Shown here in pieces: positions 59,772 to 64,000 of a stretch of DNA of 64,000 nucleotides; positions within the stretch are counted from its first letter, which is position 1; each line of letters opens with the position of its first letter. The stretch lies in contig JBHGNT010000012.1 of NCBI GenBank assembly GCA_043228905.1, forward strand, positions 14,942,001 through 15,006,000, given 5' to 3'. The position numbers and the translations under genes are program-made. The DNA is from Azolla caroliniana. Its lineage: Eukaryota > Plantae > Polypodiophyta. The notes beneath the pieces were generated by a model. The model ran no database searches. It was not told the origin of the DNA and worked only from the letters and a program-made list of their open reading frames with translations.

Positions 59772-62700
59772 GTAAAGTGGTACTCATCCTCTATCTCTAT
59801 GTGGCATAACCTACATATCCTTTCCTCCCTAGGGACTCTATTAGTACGTCCATTCTCAATCTCAAGTTGGCGAGATGATATTCTAAGTTGACCAATGGCA
59901 ACCCTTAGTGCATGTGGTAAGAATACGTCTAGATATTTTGGTCGCGTAATAAAACCTAACTTAGAGAAATGCATGAAGTGTTCCTTATAGTACAACATTT
60001 ATTCCGAGTGTAAATTTGTCATATTTCTTGGCGTATTACTTTATTGCAGTCCTCATGAGATATTAAAGTGTTATCAATCGCGTGGTCATACTTAAGGGGG
60101 GGCAGGTTATTAATGTCTAGTCCATTCACAAGAAGCCAACTCACCATCATGCCATACCATGAGCTAGTATAGCTAGACTCATACAGTGATCGAGAGGCCT
60201 TAAAGGCTTGATGGGATATTCTATCATGTGGTTGGTTATGTATCCTATGGATAAAGACTACAAGTTGAAAAAGTGCCTCCCCTAACATCGAGGGTAGAGT
60301 GACCTCAACCCTAATAATGTCATGTGGTACTGTCGATTTGCTTCAGAGTTGGCATGATAACATCATCACCAATGGTCTCTCTAATTGCGTCCACATGAAA
60401 GATGGTAGTCCTAGAGCCCAAACCATTGATGCATACATGAGGGAGGGAGTCACTAATGAGTAAAGAGCCACCATTTAGTCCGTGGCTCTTGAAAGTATGC
60501 TTGATGGCATTGTCTCTCAAGGGTGAGAGGGATGCATGTCCTCTTGTAAGTTTATCCTTCACTTCTTGTGTCTTCGAAAATTTACCTGTGCAAGCACTGA
60601 AAGTGACTCCGAGATAGACATATGATCCAACCACCTCAACTAGGCTACGGGAGATAGTTAGGTGACACTTAGCTCTAACTTGGGCCAATGTGTGGAAGAT
60701 AAGGACTTTAGTTTTCCCTAGATTCACTACCAATCGTCGTTGTGCGCAAAAGTCATCTAAGGCATTAAGGTGCCTTTGTAGGTCGTGTTCAGATTCAGAG
60801 AGCAAAACTATGTCGTCTGTATAGAGCAAGATATGAACATGTGTATCCCCAAGGACTATTTTGTTGCCTCCCTTACGAGCAATGTTGTTGGGGCGTATAG
60901 GTGTACGGGATGGATAGGGTGTAAGGTGTATGGTGTGTAAAGCCATTCTAGGCTTCAGCCCCGGCTTCACCCCCCTCCCAAGCGGGTTACGATAGTGAGA
61001 GAGAGCTAGAGAGAGAGACAAATAGGAAATGACACAAATGTGAGAGGGGAAAAATGGCTATCTCTTATGTGCCCCATAAGGGTTTTTATAGTACATAATG
61101 TAACGGTAAATAATGACCGTTACATTCTTGTCACATGCACATAATTGTGCATGTGCTCACATATACTCATCCTCACACACTCGTATACATATTACATATT
61201 ACACACCTTAGACTTTACACACCATAAACATTACACCCTATCCATCCCGTACACCTATACGGATAACAAGCAATAAAATTTGTGATCTCATCAATGTAGA
61301 TCCCAAAAAGAGTCGGAGATGGGGGGCAACCTTGTTTTACACCAATAGTGCTAGTGAAACAATTGGATAGGCCACCTGGGCATCGAACACACCCGGACAC
61401 TTGTTCATATAGTGCATAGATGGCCCAAACCATGTCATCTCGTATCCTCAAGCTTTTAAGCCTATCAAACAACCGCTCTCTAGGGACCGTGTCAAAGGCA
61501 TTGCGGAAGTCCACAAAACAACAATATAATTTCTTTTTGCAAGCCTTAGTCTGGTCAATTAAGCATCTAAGTGTGAAGATATGATCAATTGTGGAGAAGG
61601 CTCGTCTAAAGCCAGCCTGTTCTGGTGAACGAAGATTTAAGGTCTCCATATAATCGCTAAGCTCTACCTCCATTACTGCACCATATAATTTAGCAAGGGT
61701 ATGACCTATCATAATGGTCCTATCTGTATTTGGGTCCATGGGGTCCCCCCCTTTACTGTGTTCATAGTCCATTGTGGTGGAAAACCCTCAGCGAGGGCAT
61801 GATTGAATATTAGAGTTAGCAAGGGAGCTAGGCACTCTCTCGCATAAATTATGTGTTCTGCTCGCAATCCTGTGTGGTCCATGTACTTCCTATGTTGTAA
61901 TTTCTTTATGACCCACGGTAGGTCGGGGTGTAGAAGGCATTGGAATGGGTGGTTGGTTTGGGATTTGGTAAAGCCTCTTTGTATATGTGTGCCAGGTTTC
62001 GGGATCTTTGATGGGTGTTTGTGGTCTTGGTTCCCTCCCGTAATCTCTTACATGCAGTGGTGCAATCGATACTCATGAGCATATGGTAGAGTTCCCAATA
62101 CTGGGATGCCTCCCATACTCATCTCTTACGACGTGTCATCTTGCACATTTCTTTGCGAGCTTGTACTGAGGTAATACTACCACTAAGTTGCGATATTGTA
62201 AGTTTTCTATGTAAGTAACTACAATCCTCATCATACCATCTATTTTGTGGCATAGATCCTAATCTACCTTGATTGGAGTGTCTCGTATATGGGGAACTGC
62301 TAACTGCTGCGGAGTGAAGGATGTGTGTGAGTTTCATACTAAGGCTCTCTAAAGGTAGGGAGGGATCAAGGGAGGAGAGATGGGCTTGAACATGTCGAGA
62401 GTATATGTAGAAGAGCCCATGTGTGAAATGTATTGTGGTGTGATGGCGTGGTTGACTAGGGTTGGTGACGTTAGAGATATCGCATTTTAGCTCGAAGTAT
62501 AAGAAACTATGGTCCGCGCCAATAGGGCATGGAGCCACCCGGAAGGAGTTAATCATGTGGGTAGATTCAGGGTGTCCTATTAGATAATCAACATTGCTTT
62601 CCCCTCCTCCATGTGGGAAACATGTGAGCTCTTTCGAGCCTGGCCACTTGGCTAAACCATTATATATGACCATCCAGTGCCGACTACCAAGCTCGTGGCG

Positions 62701-64000
62701 TCCGCACCTTCCTTTGATCTACGTGTGGTGCCTTTATCTAAAGGATCAACATTTACCATTTCTAAGTTTCTATTCATCTGAAATACTGTGCATTGTCGGG
62801 ATTGGGTTCTCGCATTGAAGTCTCCTACAAGGAATACTTCTCCTTGGGAAGAATATCGGATTATGTCATCCGATAGAGGTTTGTATGGGGAAGGCCCATG
62901 TGTCACTCCTTTATCAACTAATCTCGCCTTGCCAGCTAGATTATAATGAGAGCCTTTCAGGGGGAAGTAACAAATGGCGAAAAATACTGCTTTGTCCTTG
63001 CTTGTGGAGACGTTCACCCACATAAAACGAGCTTTTGGGTCTGTCCTCAATATTTCTATCCTATGATGTAGCTCTCTCCGAAACAATATTGTGACACCTC
63101 CAGATCCCCTATGCATCAACGTGAGGTTTGTCTAAAAGCGGACTCCCAACGAAATCCTTCGACTCGTGGGAGTCCTCTATTTGGGCTTTGGTGTGTTTCT
63201 ACTAAGAAAAGTATATCCGATACCTTTAATATCTCGTCTAGGCAGCCGGGGTGTGTCCAGAGTGCGTCATTACAATTCCATAAGGTCATCCTAAGTGTAT
63301 TTTCTGTCACATGGGCCACACGCTATCAATTAGTAGTGCGATAATTTATGATCACTCGCCCATCTCGATAAAAGGCACAATGCCCTTCTTACGAGCTTGC
63401 ATAACTCATGGCATACAACTCTTGCGATGCTCAATTTGCATCTTAGTGAGGTCTTCATCGAGATAGATAGGGTCCCCACCCAATCCTCGAAGAATTGGTC
63501 TCTTCTTAAAGAAAGTGATTCGAGAGTCTAAGTCTTTAAATTGAAGGACTAAGGCTCTCTTCCTAGTTGTATCACGTCCGACCCTCCAAGCTTTGGTGAT
63601 AGGTAGGGCCGCTATGTACCCTAACATTTTCCCAAGTGTTTGTGCATCCTCGTCTGGGATGCACCTTCCTTTAGCCCAGTGACACGCACATTTAAGCATC
63701 GGGCTTGGCGGTAATAACAATACTTTCATCTTTTATTTCTTTTCTAATGTTTCTTTTAACCACATCTACCCAACCTGTTTTAGCTAACTCTATGTTATTT
63801 TTAACTTCCTCTTTAACTTGTTTAATCTTGTCTTTTATACCTCTATGGAGGATATTTCACCGTCCTCTCAAGATACCTCGATGTCATTAATTTGTTTTTT
63901 AAGGTTTGTGTTTTCCACTTTAAGTTTCTCTATTTCGGCCTTGAGGGCGTCTTTTTCCTCTCTATCTTTTTTCTTGTGGGTTTCGGCGTCTTTCACCCAT
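59772..64000 (-). mobile_element. Decayed non-LTR retrotransposon (RTEX-like LINE; ORF1 plus EN-RT ORF2), running off the window end
   Basis: ORF1 coiled-coil and RALVLQF...IYLDEDLTK; EN TLWNCN, LFLVETH, VGDFNAR, VDYLIG, ADH; RT QAGFRRAFSTIDHIF, YCCFVDFRNAFDTV, GVKQGCPPSPTLF, LLYTDDIVL, YLGV; C-terminal LRISSRQLEIENGR...RICRLC..EDEYHF. Confidence 0.88.
60883..61268 (-). mobile_element. 386-bp solo-LTR-like insertion with long subterminal inverted repeats
   Basis: TSD AGCAA (60878-60882 and 61269-61273); TGTT...AACA ends; perfect 31-bp inverted repeat at 60894-60924 and 61231-61261; minus-strand CTATAAAA at about 61085. Confidence 0.85.

Overview
Eukaryotic, intron-containing plant DNA. It most plausibly comes from a seed-free land plant with flagellated sperm (fern-like); the species cannot be determined from the sequence alone. 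Positions 1-6956 hold the last 11 exons of an axonemal inner-arm dynein intermediate chain gene (WDR78/DNAI4/IC138-like). From about 8.5 kb to the end, the window is a deeply nested transposon island that can be largely unpicked using target-site duplications (TSDs). It contains two decayed Tcn1/Tf1-like chromoviral Gypsy elements, a young Met-primed chromovirus, two very young sister Copia elements, several older Copia elements, solo LTRs, a non-coding TRIM-like element, two copies of a hAT-type MITE, an L1/Tx1-like LINE inside a (GA)n tract and an RTEX-like LINE. The most notable signals are three. (1) At least five dissimilar LTR families, both Gypsy and Copia, carry a tRNA-like Pol III A-box/B-box module in antisense orientation in U3, mostly at its outer edge. 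(2) Three elements have no tRNA primer-binding site (PBS); instead each PBS is complementary to its own predicted transcript 5' end, with covarying sequence (self-priming), and one of them is entirely non-coding. (3) The dynein chain carries a 12-aa periodic array of RRxS (PKA-type) motifs. All coordinates were read by eye and may be off by a few bases; no database searches were run.
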